Assembly (NCBI GenBank): GCA_051745145.1
Contig: JBNJDT010000013.1
Location: forward strand, 1-34,663
Length of the DNA: 34,663 bases
From: Elusimicrobiota bacterium
GTDB taxonomy: Bacteria > CG03 > SLGR01 > JAGXOG01
Direction of reading: 5' to 3'
The position numbers and the translations under genes are program-made. Shown in pieces: positions 7,957 through 17,993 of the stretch; the stretch's first letter is position 1, and each line of letters starts with the position of its first letter. The notes beneath the pieces are model-generated. The model was not told the DNA's origin. It saw only the letters and a list, made by a program, of their open reading frames with translations, and did not search any database.

Positions 7957-10035
7957 TCAACTAATATCTGCCAGATGAAATTTATCGCTGTATTTTTTTA
8001 AAACAGCTTTTTTCAAATTTCTGTTGGATTTTTGGGCCAGGCGGGGGTCATTGTCCACAATAGCAAAAGCGTATTTTCTGGCCTGTTTCAGGATTTCAAA
8101 ATCTTCCACCGGATTCCCTATTTTAAAATCCATTTCTCCGTGCTGTCGGGTTCCGAATAACTCCCCGGCCCCTCTTAATTTTAAATCTTCTTCGGCAATT
8201 TTAAAGCCGTCGTGAGAGGAAAGAATAATTTCCAGTCTCCGCTCTGATTCTTCAGTGGTAGTATCCCCGGTAAGTAGGCAGTATGGCTGTTTATTACTTC
8301 TTGCTATCCTACCCCGCAGCTGGTGAAGGGTGGAAAGCCCGTACCGGTTAAAGTTCTCGATTATCATAACTGTAGCCCGGGGAACATCGATCCCCACTTC
8401 TATCACGGTAGTGGTAAATAAAACTTCGCAGTTCCCCCGGGAAAACTCTTTCATTATATTTTCTTTTCTAGAACTTTTCATCCTGCCGTGAAGCAGGCCG
8501 CAGCTGTAATCTTTAAATACCGTCTCTTTAAGTTTTTCAAATCTTTTCCGAGCCGATTTTAACTCGTTCTTGTCCGAATCCTCAATTAAGGGATGTACTA
8601 TATAGACCCGGTTTCCCTTTTCTAATTCCCGGACAGCTTTCTGATAGGCCCGCCCCTCGTTTAAATGTTCTGTCCGGGGAGTTTTTCTATCCTCGGGCAG
8701 TTCTCTTATAGTTGAAATATCCAGGTCTCCGTAGTTACAGATGGCCAGGGACCGGGGTATGGGGGTAGCACTCATAGCCAGCACATCCAGTTTTTTGCTT
8801 TTAGCGACCAGGTCGGCTTTCTGCTGTACACCGAACCGGTGCTGTTCGTCTATTACGGCAATCCCGGCCCTGGAAAGCTGAACATCTTCCTCTAAAAGAG
8901 CATGGGTTCCTACGATAATGTCGATGCTCCCATCTTTTAAATCCCGAATAATTCTTTTCCGGTTCTTTTTTTTCATTCCCCCCTTTAAAAGGGCAATATT
9001 AACTCCCAGATCGGTAAGATAGGATTTAAAAGTAAGATAATGCTGCTCGGCCAGTATTTCCGTGGGGGCAATAACAACCCCCAGGTAGCCGTTTTCTACG
9101 GCCAGAAGTAGAGCTGAAAGAGCCACCACGGTCTTTCCGCTGCCCACCTCTCCCTGGAGCAACCTTTTCATGGGATAATCGGAAAGCATATCTTTAAAAA
9201 TTTCGTTTATAACTCTTTTCTGGTCCCCGGTAAACTCAAAATCCAGTTTATTTTTAAAGGGGGTCAGAAAATTTTTCTTCAGTTGATAAGTCCGGTTTTT
9301 CTTATCTTTTTTCATATCCATCTTTTTTACAGCCAGAGCGGTCTGAAATATTAAAAATTCTTCTAAGATAAGCCGGTGCTGGGAGACTTTTATATCTTTA
9401 AAATTATCCGGGCAGTGAAGTTTTTTTACCGATGTATTTATACTGTAAAATTTATTTTTCCGGGCTATTTTCCGGGGAAGAACATCCGAAAATTTCCAGT
9501 CCGTAGAGTGAACGGTGTTGTATATAAGTCTTCTCATCCATTTTTGACTGATTCCCGTGGTAAGACCGTAGACGGGCGTTATCCTGTTTAAGTGTATATA
9601 GTTCTTTTTAGAAGCCTTTTCATAGGTAAAGGAAGTTATTTCCAGTCCGGTTGTTTTCCGCTTAAATTTTCCGTATACGTAAAAGCTTTCTCCATCAATA
9701 AAAACATTTTTTAAATATGATCGATTAAAACCTAAAAGAGTAACCTTTCCCGATGAATCCTTAAGCCCTATTTTTATCAGCGTTTTACCTCGTCCCCTGA
9801 GCGAAATCCTTCTAGAAGAAATGACTTCACCCTTTACTAAACATTTTTCTCCATCGTTTATTAGGGCCATCTCTTTTACCGCGCGACGGTCCTCATAAGA
9901 TTTCGGGAAATAAGTCAAAAGTTCTTTTACGGTATTTATACCCAGTTTTTTTAACTGACCGGCTCGCACTTTTCCTACGCCTTTCAAGTAACGGACATTT
10001 TTATTTAATTTCACTGGTATTACCGCTAAAACCAC
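7957..10035 (-). CDS. recG: ATP-dependent DNA helicase RecG
   Basis: LKGVG N-terminus, wedge domain, LLQGEVGSGKT, APTEILAEQH, DEQHRFG, SATPIPRS, LHQLRGR, DGFKIAEEDLKLRGAGE. Alternative GTG start at 10014. Confidence 0.97.
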   Translation of the reverse strand: MVLAVIPVKLNKNVRYLKGVGKVRAGQLKKLGINTVKELLTYFPKSYEDRRAVKEMALINDGEKCLVKGEVISSRRISLRGRGKTLIKIGLKDSSGKVTLLGFNRSYLKNVFIDGESFYVYGKFKRKTTGLEITSFTYEKASKKNYIHLNRITPVYGLTTGISQKWMRRLIYNTVHSTDWKFSDVLPRKIARKNKFYSINTSVKKLHCPDNFKDIKVSQHRLILEEFLIFQTALAVKKMDMKKDKKNRTYQLKKNFLTPFKNKLDFEFTGDQKRVINEIFKDMLSDYPMKRLLQGEVGSGKTVVALSALLLAVENGYLGVVIAPTEILAEQHYLTFKSYLTDLGVNIALLKGGMKKKNRKRIIRDLKDGSIDIIVGTHALLEEDVQLSRAGIAVIDEQHRFGVQQKADLVAKSKKLDVLAMSATPIPRSLAICNYGDLDISTIRELPEDRKTPRTEHLNEGRAYQKAVRELEKGNRVYIVHPLIEDSDKNELKSARKRFEKLKETVFKDYSCGLLHGRMKSSRKENIMKEFSRGNCEVLFTTTVIEVGIDVPRATVMIIENFNRYGLSTLHQLRGRIARSNKQPYCLLTGDTTTEESERRLEIILSSHDGFKIAEEDLKLRGAGELFGTRQHGEMDFKIGNPVEDFEILKQARKYAFAIVDNDPRLAQKSNRNLKKAVLKKYSDKFHLADIS

Positions 10036-10091
10036 TAATTATAATTTTACTTATTTGCATTTTATCTAAAATTTTGGTATTTAAGAGCATT

Positions 10092-10283
10092 ATGAGTAAA
10101 AAATGCATTGTCTGTAATAAAGGAACAACAACCGGTAAGAATGTAAGTAATTCTAACCGCCGTACTAAGCGTACAATAAAGGCTAATCTCCAGAAAGTCA
10201 AGATTTACTGGAATGGCCAAAAGACCAGAACTTACGTTTGCACCCGGTGCCTTAAAGCTAATAAAGTTCAAAAAGCTATTTAA
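10092..10283 (+). CDS. rpmB: 50S ribosomal protein L28 (Zn-ribbon, CxxC..CxxC form)
   Basis: MSKKCIVCNKG...GKNVSNSNRRTKR..KANLQKV...VCTRCLK. ATG at 10092 preferred over the upstream TTG. Confidence 0.96.
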   Translation: MSKKCIVCNKGTTTGKNVSNSNRRTKRTIKANLQKVKIYWNGQKTRTYVCTRCLKANKVQKAI

Positions 10284-11254
10284 AACGGGATTACCCCGGA
10301 TATCGAAAATCTTCGGACCTGTTCAGTATTTTCCCGGAGATAAAACTGGCGCATAGCTATATCCACCAGGTAGTTCTCCTTTTTGTATCCTATACCCCCA
10401 GTATAAGTAGACTTATATTTGTCTTCCAGATCAGTTCCGTAAATTCCGGCCCGCGCCACAAAATTATCCCCTAAATAATGTTCTATTCCCAAACGCAGTA
10501 AATCATTTTTTCCCGTCACTGTATCATCGTAAAGACCGTTTTCATAATTAATACCCAGAGACATTAACTGGGATAGCTGAACGTCCAGTCCGGTCTTGAC
10601 AATTAAAGGAAGATAATTAGTGTCAAATTCTTCCCAATAAAATTGAGCAGGTCCATTTAATAGAGTTACCCCCACATTTACAAACTCGGAAGCTTCATAA
10701 ATTAATCCCCAGTCCAGCCCCCAGCCATACCCTTTACTTATTGTGACTTCTGGACTGGAACTTTCAATAACTGAATACCCGGACATACCCGATAAATAAT
10801 TTATATTCATTCCAAAATTTACATTTTCAGCATGTTCGACGGATACAGTAACCCCGTACTGATTAAGATTAACATGCAGTTCCTTACTCTGAGTATCTGT
10901 ATTGTAAGTATCCGCTCTATTGGACAGCGGACGATAGTAAACACCTACCTGAGAAGCACACACTGATAAAAAATTTATTTTTTTCTCCTCCAAAATGAAT
11001 AAATCAGCTAGCTTATTCTGATCGATATCACTATCATTAATTATATTTGCAGAAATTCCAAACCGGTTGTTCTCAATCTGTTGAAGTCCTCCCGGATTCC
11101 AGTAAGGCGCAAAAGGAGTGGCCATTACAGCCGAAAAAGCACCTCCCCGGCCTAGAGCGTACGACCCCGGTTCTTCACCAAGAAAATATTTGTCTTTTAA
11201 AGGAGGATTGCTGCTCCCTAAAAGAACAGCCGGTAAAATCATTACCATCCCCAT
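10280..11254 (-). CDS. Outer-membrane beta-barrel protein, PorV/FadL (UPF0164)-like
   Basis: GSYALGRGGAFSAV...YWNPGGL matches the family N-terminal motif; alternating beta-strand pattern; C-terminal Phe. The true start may be ATT at 11278. Confidence 0.72.
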   Translation of the reverse strand: MGMVMILPAVLLGSSNPPLKDKYFLGEEPGSYALGRGGAFSAVMATPFAPYWNPGGLQQIENNRFGISANIINDSDIDQNKLADLFILEEKKINFLSVCASQVGVYYRPLSNRADTYNTDTQSKELHVNLNQYGVTVSVEHAENVNFGMNINYLSGMSGYSVIESSSPEVTISKGYGWGLDWGLIYEASEFVNVGVTLLNGPAQFYWEEFDTNYLPLIVKTGLDVQLSQLMSLGINYENGLYDDTVTGKNDLLRLGIEHYLGDNFVARAGIYGTDLEDKYKSTYTGGIGYKKENYLVDIAMRQFYLRENTEQVRRFSISGVIPF

Positions 11255-11268
11255 CCAGGTTATTATCT

Positions 11269-12324
11269 TTATTTTAATATTTCTCCTCCTCCTGCTATCT
11301 TATCTTCTTTGTACAAAACAGCACTCTGCCCCGGAGTTGGTGCCCGCTGCTTTTTATTAAATTTTATCTTACAAATATTAGATTTTAAATCCAAACTCTC
11401 CACAGTACACCCCGCTCCGGAATGGGTGGACCTTAATTTGATTTCATATTTTTCCCCCGGGCTTATTTTTTCGGAAAAATTTTCTTTTTTAAATTTAAAT
11501 TCTGTCCGGTTTTTAAAAAGATCCCGTTCACTGCCCACTACTATCTCATTTTGTCCGGGACGAATTTCCACTACGTAGTATTTTCTGCCCAACCCCCCAA
11601 AACCCCGGCGCTGTCCTATGGTGAAATTCTGAAAACCGGGATGAGTTCCCAGAATGTTACCTTCCCTATCTATTATATTACCTTCTTTCATATCAATATG
11701 TCTTTTTAAAAAATCCGGAAGCCCATTACCTTTCAATATGCAGCAATCCTGGGATTCAGGGGATTCTCCTACAGGTAAATTTGCATCTTTTGCAATCTTT
11801 CTTACCGTACTTTTTCTGTAATTACCCAGGGGGAATCTCACATTACCCAGCACCTTTTTTGGTACACTGTAAAGAAAATATGACTGGTCTTTAGTTTTAT
11901 CCAATGCCTTAAATAAATCAGTTCCCTCAAGGCGTACATAATGTCCGGTAACTAAATAATCCATACCCAGAGCTTTAATCTTCCTGAGTAAAGTCGAAAA
12001 CCGGAGTCTTTCATTGCACATCACGCAGGGGTTGGGAGTCAATCCCTTTTTATAATATTCAACAAACGGTTCAATTACCTGGCTGTTAAACTTATCTCTT
12101 AAATCCAGCTTATAAAAAGGTACATCTAAAAATTCGGCAGTTGCCCTGGCCTTATTCAAAGTTAAACGGCTGCAACAGGCTTTCTGTGTTTGAGACTTAT
12201 CCTGACAGCTAAAATATTCAGTGTAAAAAGCTGTCACATCATAACCTTTCTCTTTTAAAAGGTAAAGAACCGTTCCCGAATCCACTCCCCCCGAAATCGC
12301 AACAGCAACTTTTTTACCGTTCAT
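11269..12324 (-). CDS. mnmA: tRNA-specific 2-thiouridylase MnmA
   Basis: SGGVDS PP-loop, TPNPCVMCN, TGHY, KDQSYFL, ESQDCC, FTIGQRRG, TPGQSAVLY...GGGEI. Confidence 0.97.
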   Translation of the reverse strand: MNGKKVAVAISGGVDSGTVLYLLKEKGYDVTAFYTEYFSCQDKSQTQKACCSRLTLNKARATAEFLDVPFYKLDLRDKFNSQVIEPFVEYYKKGLTPNPCVMCNERLRFSTLLRKIKALGMDYLVTGHYVRLEGTDLFKALDKTKDQSYFLYSVPKKVLGNVRFPLGNYRKSTVRKIAKDANLPVGESPESQDCCILKGNGLPDFLKRHIDMKEGNIIDREGNILGTHPGFQNFTIGQRRGFGGLGRKYYVVEIRPGQNEIVVGSERDLFKNRTEFKFKKENFSEKISPGEKYEIKLRSTHSGAGCTVESLDLKSNICKIKFNKKQRAPTPGQSAVLYKEDKIAGGGEILK

Positions 12325-12539
12325 ATGGATGATTTACTTTTTCGCTAAATTTAATCATAATATACTAATCTTACATACTCCTTTATATTTTCCTTTTCCT
12401 ACTAAGATATATGCTAAAATAATAATTTTAACTTATATATAAAAGTAATTAAAGAAAGGCATTTCCCTGCAATTTATTAGGGACCGAAATAACTTTTAAA
12501 AATTATTTTAAATTGTTAACTATTTCACTAAAATAAACT

Positions 12540-13088
12540 CTATTCTATAAGCTTTTTTATTTTCCCCTTCCAATCATCGTAATACCCGGGTCTGTATCCC
12601 TGAAAACTCTGTACTATTTTTCCTTCAGAATCAATTATAAAAAAAGACGGAATACCCGTGACGCTATAGTCCTCAGCTATTTTAGGGTCTCCTTTTAAAT
12701 TAGGATATTGTAATTCATTCTCCTTTATATAATTTATTGCTTCGTTCATATCGCGGTCCATATTTATTCCTATCACATGGATTTCACCGCCAAAATCATT
12801 TTCTAATTTTTTGACGTACGGTGTAGAAGTTCGGCACGGCGGACACCAGGAAGCCCAAAAATCCAAGAAAACCGGTTTTCCACGATAGTCACTTAGCGTC
12901 ACCTTGCCAGATTCGGTTATTCTCTCTAAAGTAAAATCTTCAGCTATCGGACCTTTCGCACTTTTTTCTTTTTCTGTTCTTTGTTTTTCTGTTTTTTCAT
13001 TTCCCTTGTCTTCTGACTGTGCGCAGGCTGCCCCTGAAATAATAGCCATAATTAAAATTATTTTTAGTATACTATTTTTAAATATCAT
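12540..13088 (-). CDS. Exported TlpA/ResA family thiol:disulfide oxidoreductase
   Basis: Signal peptide, charged linker, GKPVFLDFWASWCPPC, cis-Pro loop GIPSFFIID; strong SD GGAGG. Confidence 0.92.
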   Translation of the reverse strand: MIFKNSILKIILIMAIISGAACAQSEDKGNEKTEKQRTEKEKSAKGPIAEDFTLERITESGKVTLSDYRGKPVFLDFWASWCPPCRTSTPYVKKLENDFGGEIHVIGINMDRDMNEAINYIKENELQYPNLKGDPKIAEDYSVTGIPSFFIIDSEGKIVQSFQGYRPGYYDDWKGKIKKLIE

Positions 13089-13516
13089 TATATGCCTCCT
13101 CTATTTACAAAATTATCATCTACAATTTTTATCACTGACATATCTACTTAATTTTAAAATATTCAGGATAAAAAATTTTTCCTATACTAGTTCAAAATAT
13201 TCTGAATTTCTCTTCTCCATTCATCGTAATATCCGGACCGGAACCCGGAATAGGTTTTGACGATACGGCCCTCGCTATCTATTATAAAATAAGCCGGAAT
13301 TCCGGATACTTTATACGATGACGAAACTTTCTGGTTATCTCTTAAATTAATAAAATCTATATTTTTACTTCTCATATAACTGCGGGCTGCACTAATATCC
13401 TGATCCATATTTATTCCTATTACTTGTATCTGATTTGAAAACTCTCTGCTCAGCCTTTTCACATACGGAGTACCTTTTCTGCACGGCGGACACCAGGAAG
13501 CCCAAAAATCCAAGAA
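12834..13516. repeat. 36 bp exact direct repeat shared by the tandem tlpA paralogues
   Basis: gcacggcggacaccaggaagcccaaaaatccaagaa occurs at 12834-12869 and 13481-13516; it encodes the active-site segment FLDFWASWCPPC. Confidence 0.9.
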
Positions 13517-13675
13517 TACCGGTTTACCCCGGAAAGATTTCAAAGATATTTTCCTGGCCCGGTTAACCCTCTTTAAGGTAAAATCCGGTGCCTTGGAGCC
13601 AACCTGACTGCATCCGCTAATTAAAAAAAATACCCCAAGAATTAATCCAATATTTAAAATTTTCCCGGCCTTCAT
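13187..13675 (-). CDS. TlpA/ResA family thiol:disulfide oxidoreductase, probable lipoprotein
   Basis: Lipobox-like LISGC, GSKAPDFTL, GKPVFLDFWASWCPPC, GIPAYFIID; start overlaps the cysE stop. Confidence 0.92.
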   Translation of the reverse strand: MKAGKILNIGLILGVFFLISGCSQVGSKAPDFTLKRVNRARKISLKSFRGKPVFLDFWASWCPPCRKGTPYVKRLSREFSNQIQVIGINMDQDISAARSYMRSKNIDFINLRDNQKVSSSYKVSGIPAYFIIDSEGRIVKTYSGFRSGYYDEWRREIQNILN

Positions 13676-14421
13676 TAAATCCCTCCTCCATTTACAAAAT
13701 TATCCTCATCCGGAGAGGTAAATTCAGCCATTATTTCTTCTTTTTTCTGTTCCATAACATCATCTATATGGGACTTTATCCCTTCCAGAGTTTCCAGTTT
13801 TTCTATCCTCTCTTCTAACTTATCCTGCTCTTTTATAAAATACTTTACCGCATCCGCAACCGGATCGGGCAGTTTACCGTGTTCCAAAGATTTAATATCT
13901 TTACCGGAAAAACCCAGGCCCACCTTTGCGGGGACTCCAACCGCAGTAGCTCCTTCGGGTATATCATTTACAACAACCGCCCCGGCCCCCACCCGAGACC
14001 TGTTACCAAGCTTTACCGGTCCTAAAACTATAGCACCTGCTCCTATAACAACATTTTTTCCCAGCGTAGGATGTCTTTTTTTCTTTTTTAAACTAGTACC
14101 CCCTAAAACTACGCCCTGATAGATAAGACAATCAGGTCCTATTACGGCCGTCTCCCCTATTACAACTCCGCTGCCGTGGTCTATAAACAGATCCGGTCCT
14201 ATCTTGGCCCCGGGATGTATCTCTATTCCCGTTATAAATTTAGAAATTTGAGATATGCACCTGGCCAGCACATACTCTTTTTTGTTGTACAGCCAGTGAG
14301 CTATCCTATGAGTCCAGATGGCGTGAAGACCGGGATAGCACAAAACAACTTCAACTATATTTTTAGCTGCCGGATCTTTTTTAAATACATTCTGTATATC
14401 TTTTTTTAGTTGATTAAACAT
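13675..14421 (-). CDS. cysE: Serine O-acetyltransferase
   Basis: [47 protein letters not shown] hexapeptide repeats; C-terminal LPDPV extension. Confidence 0.96.
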   Translation of the reverse strand: MFNQLKKDIQNVFKKDPAAKNIVEVVLCYPGLHAIWTHRIAHWLYNKKEYVLARCISQISKFITGIEIHPGAKIGPDLFIDHGSGVVIGETAVIGPDCLIYQGVVLGGTSLKKKKRHPTLGKNVVIGAGAIVLGPVKLGNRSRVGAGAVVVNDIPEGATAVGVPAKVGLGFSGKDIKSLEHGKLPDPVADAVKYFIKEQDKLEERIEKLETLEGIKSHIDDVMEQKKEEIMAEFTSPDEDNFVNGGGI

Positions 14422-14429
14422 TTTTTATT

Positions 14430-15584
14430 TTATATTTCACCTACAGGTGACATTTTCCTCAATCTATCTATTATCGGGGGTAATTTTTTAATTACATAAT
14501 CAATTTCTTCTTCTGTATTATCTTTTCCCAGCGAAAATCTTATTGCCCCCTGGGTAAAGATTGGTTCTACCTCCATGGCCTTAAGTACGTGTGAGGTTTC
14601 TAAAGTCTCGGAAGTGCAGGCCGAGCCCGTAGATACAGCTATACCCTCCATATCAAGCATCATAACTATAGATTCTCCTTCCACACCTTTAAAACTTACA
14701 TTTAAAGTATTGCTTAAAGTATTGTCAAAATTTCCATTTAACCGTACATTATTTATTTTTTCACTTATACCGTTCCATAATCTCTTTTTAAGTCGATAAA
14801 ATTTTTTAGTTGTACTCTCTAATCCCCCCGAAGCCATCCCTGCAGCCAGGGCCAGACCGGCGATGCCCGGAACATTTTCTGTGCCGGGTTTTAACCCGTG
14901 CTCGTGATGGCCGCCAAACATTATTGGTGACAAATTCACCCCTTGCTTTAGATACAATAAGCCGGTTCCTTTGGGACCGTTAAATTTATGGCCGGACAAT
15001 GAGAGTAGATCCACTCCCATATCAGATACATTAATCTCCATCTTACCCATAGCCTGGACAGCGTCGGTATGTACCATAATATCTTCAGAATAATCTTTAA
15101 CTTCTTTAACCGCTTCTTTTACCGGCTGTACAGTTCCCACTTCATTATTGGCCAGGATAATGCTGACCAAAGCAGTCTGTTTATTTAAAGCTTTTTTAAG
15201 TTGGGAGGGAGAAATTCTGCCGTTTTCATCAACTTCAAGCCAGGTAACATCGTAGCCGTTTTTTTCTAAATATTTAAAAACATTTAAAACTGCATGGTGT
15301 TCCACTCTGGTTGTCACTATATGTTTTTTTTCGGAATTCTTTAAATAACCCAGAATAGCTATATTGTCCGCTTCGGTCCCCCCGGAAGTAAAAATTATCT
15401 CCTCCGCGGAGCAATTTAAAATTTTTGACAGTTTATCTCGGCTTTTTTCCACAATATTTCGCGCCCGGTTTCCGTACTTATGCAGGGACGAAGGATTGCC
15501 GTAAATATCTGTAACTTTATTTATCCGCTTTTTTACCTCTTTGGCAAGCTGGGTTGTAGCATTATTATCTAAATATACTTCCAT
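14430..15584 (-). CDS. iscS: Cysteine desulfurase, group I (IscS/NifS)
   Basis: YLDNNATT, GNPSSLH, FTSGGTE, HTDAVQA, SGHKF (PLP lysine), STGSACTS (catalytic Cys). Confidence 0.95.
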   Translation of the reverse strand: MEVYLDNNATTQLAKEVKKRINKVTDIYGNPSSLHKYGNRARNIVEKSRDKLSKILNCSAEEIIFTSGGTEADNIAILGYLKNSEKKHIVTTRVEHHAVLNVFKYLEKNGYDVTWLEVDENGRISPSQLKKALNKQTALVSIILANNEVGTVQPVKEAVKEVKDYSEDIMVHTDAVQAMGKMEINVSDMGVDLLSLSGHKFNGPKGTGLLYLKQGVNLSPIMFGGHHEHGLKPGTENVPGIAGLALAAGMASGGLESTTKKFYRLKKRLWNGISEKINNVRLNGNFDNTLSNTLNVSFKGVEGESIVMMLDMEGIAVSTGSACTSETLETSHVLKAMEVEPIFTQGAIRFSLGKDNTEEEIDYVIKKLPPIIDRLRKMSPVGEI

Positions 15585-15606
15585 TTTTATCTCCTGTTAA
15601 AATATT

Positions 15607-15635
15607 AGTTTATAGGTAATATTTAACTGTGTCAA
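15607..15635 (-). promoter_or_regulatory. Putative sigma70 promoter of iscS-cysE-tlpA
   Basis: Minus strand TTGACA (15635-15630), 17 nt spacer, TAAACT (15612-15607); SD AGGAG before the ATG. Confidence 0.6.
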
Positions 15636-15815
15636 GTTTTTTTATTATACTCAATTTTTCTTTTCTCCATTTTATTTATTATATTAAATTTTTAAATTAC
15701 TTGCATTTAGCACTTTATTAACCGTCTCCAAATATTTTATTCACTTAACATTTTACTAATTTCTTGATAGAATTATAATAGTTATAAAATAATTGTAAAT
15801 AAATTATAAAATTAT

Positions 15816-16931
15816 ATGAATAAAAATGTAACCCCAAAATATCCAAGAGTTTTCTTAGCCGCTTCATGGCTGATTGTGGCAACTATTATTGTTTTAATTC
15901 TTACCAATGCCGCCAGTCTTTTGATACCCCTGGTCTTCGCAATTCTTATATGGTATCTTATTAAAACAGTTGAATACTCCCTGTCCCGGATTAAATTTAA
16001 AAAATGGCACATCCCCCGGTGGTTGAGAATACTTTTAACCCTTGTAATATTCGGTTTTATTTTTAATACAGTAGCCGGCATTATCACTACAAGCGTCTCC
16101 AGTATAATACAGATAGCTCCCCAGTACCAGGCCAATCTTGAAAAAATGCTCTTTAACTTTGAGAAAATGCTGGTAGATCTTCCGCTGGGAATTGAGATAG
16201 AAGAAGTTCCGGCCCTTACCCAGTTTATCGAACAGATAAATATAGGCGTACTCATGCAAAGAATAGCCCGTGAACTTACCGGTTTAATGAGCAATATAGG
16301 ACTTATCTTTATTTACCTGATATTTTTATTTTTAGAACAGCGTTATTTCAGCAATAAAATTAAGATGATTTCCGGTGAAGACCAGAGAAAACAAAAGATA
16401 GATAATATACTTTCCCAGATTGACAAAGATATAAAAAAATATGTCGGAGTTAAAACCCTGCTCAGTTTTATTACTTCCGTCGGGGCCTGGCTCATTATGA
16501 GATGGGTGGGACTGGATTTTGCTGAATTCTGGGCCCTGCTGATATTTATTCTCAATTTTATACCCCATCTGGGTTCCATCGGCGCTACACTAATGCCTGC
16601 CCTTTTAGCACTTTTACAGTTCGATACCTTAAAACCGTTTTTTATTATATTAATCGGAGTCTTCATTTTACAGTTTGGTATTGGCAACCTGCTGGATCCG
16701 GCTCTTCTGGGAAGGTCTTTAAATGTCAGTCCACTTGTACTTATATTTTCTCTGCTTTTCTGGGGGGTTATCTGGGGTACAGCGGGGATGTTTCTGGCAG
16801 TTCCGGTCACGGTAATTCTTATGATTGTTTTTAATAACTTTCAAAGTACTCAATGGATTGCCAGGGCACTGTCCAAAAAGGGGAATTTAAAAAATTCACC
16901 AACTCCCAATAAAAAAGTTTCTCCCAAATAA
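15816..16931 (+). CDS. AI-2E (PerM/TqsA) family transporter
   Basis: Multiple TM segments; YVGVKTLLS, LNFIPHLGS, GNLLDPALLGRSLNVSPL, WGVIWGTAGMFLAVP are family motifs. Confidence 0.93.
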   Translation: MNKNVTPKYPRVFLAASWLIVATIIVLILTNAASLLIPLVFAILIWYLIKTVEYSLSRIKFKKWHIPRWLRILLTLVIFGFIFNTVAGIITTSVSSIIQIAPQYQANLEKMLFNFEKMLVDLPLGIEIEEVPALTQFIEQINIGVLMQRIARELTGLMSNIGLIFIYLIFLFLEQRYFSNKIKMISGEDQRKQKIDNILSQIDKDIKKYVGVKTLLSFITSVGAWLIMRWVGLDFAEFWALLIFILNFIPHLGSIGATLMPALLALLQFDTLKPFFIILIGVFILQFGIGNLLDPALLGRSLNVSPLVLIFSLLFWGVIWGTAGMFLAVPVTVILMIVFNNFQSTQWIARALSKKGNLKNSPTPNKKVSPK

Positions 16932-16961
16932 AAACACCAGTTCTTTTAAATTAAAGTTAAC

Positions 16962-17993
16962 CTATGTTCCGTATATCCGGGGCCTGGTAAATCTGTTTAT
17001 AAGAGGCGTTACGGCATTCATTAAAAGAATTGAAAACATAACTCCTTCGGGATACCCCCCGAAATTTCTTATTAATAAAGTAAGCAGACCCGCTCCTATA
17101 CCGAAAACCCACTTACCCTTGCCTGTTACGGGCGTTGTTACCGGATCGGTCACCATATAAGTTCCCCCGAGCAATACTCCGCCTAAAAAAATAGTGGATA
17201 GCGGATCTAAAAAATTTTGGGGACTTATACCCCACAGAAGAGCGGAAAACACTATAATAGTTAGAAAATAAGACAGCGGCAGCCTCCAGTCGATAATCTT
17301 TTTCCAAAGTAAGACCGCTAACCCTATCAGTATCAAAAGAGCCGATGTCTCCCCGTTACTGCCCTTATGGGAGCCGAAAAAATATTTTAACATAAAATTT
17401 TTACTAGTACTTCCATCAGCTACTATTTTCACCCGGTCCTTTCCTTTATCTTCAAATTTAAATTTAGTTAAGGGCGTGGCTTTAGAAGTAGCTTCAATAT
17501 TACCGGTTTTAGATTCAACAAATGATACCTGCCGGGGAGATATATTATATGTCGTTATAAGTATGGGAAAGGCCGCCGTTAAAAAAGCCCGGGCCATTAA
17601 AGCAGGATTAAAAATATTTTTACCCAGCCCCCCAAAAATATGTTTAGTAACTCCCACTCCAAAAACTGCACCTATAAAGGCAGCCCAAAGTGGAAATGAA
17701 GGCGGTAATACAAGAGCTAAAATTAACCCTGTAACAACCGAACTTCCCAGTTCTTTATTTATTGATTTCCCCCTTAAAAAGCTGCATAAAATATCTGTTA
17801 TCACTGAAGAAATTACACAGACTATAACTAAGAAAAAAGCTTTGGTACCGAAAAAATATATGCTGCCGGCAACCGGAAAAAGTAAAGCTATAAAGGTCCA
17901 CCTCATCATATACGCCATCGATACTTCATCCCTTAAATACGGAGCGGGATTTAATTTTATATTTTTAATATTTTCTTTTATTTTTTTATTCAT
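16962..17993 (-). CDS. rnfD: RnfD/NqrB family membrane electron-transport subunit
   Basis: SSVVTGLILALVLP, KHIFGGLGKNIFNPAL, FMN-attachment site SKATPL, GETS, MVTDPVTTP, GGYPEGVMFSILLMNAVTPLI. Confidence 0.93.
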   Translation of the reverse strand: MNKKIKENIKNIKLNPAPYLRDEVSMAYMMRWTFIALLFPVAGSIYFFGTKAFFLVIVCVISSVITDILCSFLRGKSINKELGSSVVTGLILALVLPPSFPLWAAFIGAVFGVGVTKHIFGGLGKNIFNPALMARAFLTAAFPILITTYNISPRQVSFVESKTGNIEATSKATPLTKFKFEDKGKDRVKIVADGSTSKNFMLKYFFGSHKGSNGETSALLILIGLAVLLWKKIIDWRLPLSYFLTIIVFSALLWGISPQNFLDPLSTIFLGGVLLGGTYMVTDPVTTPVTGKGKWVFGIGAGLLTLLIRNFGGYPEGVMFSILLMNAVTPLINRFTRPRIYGT

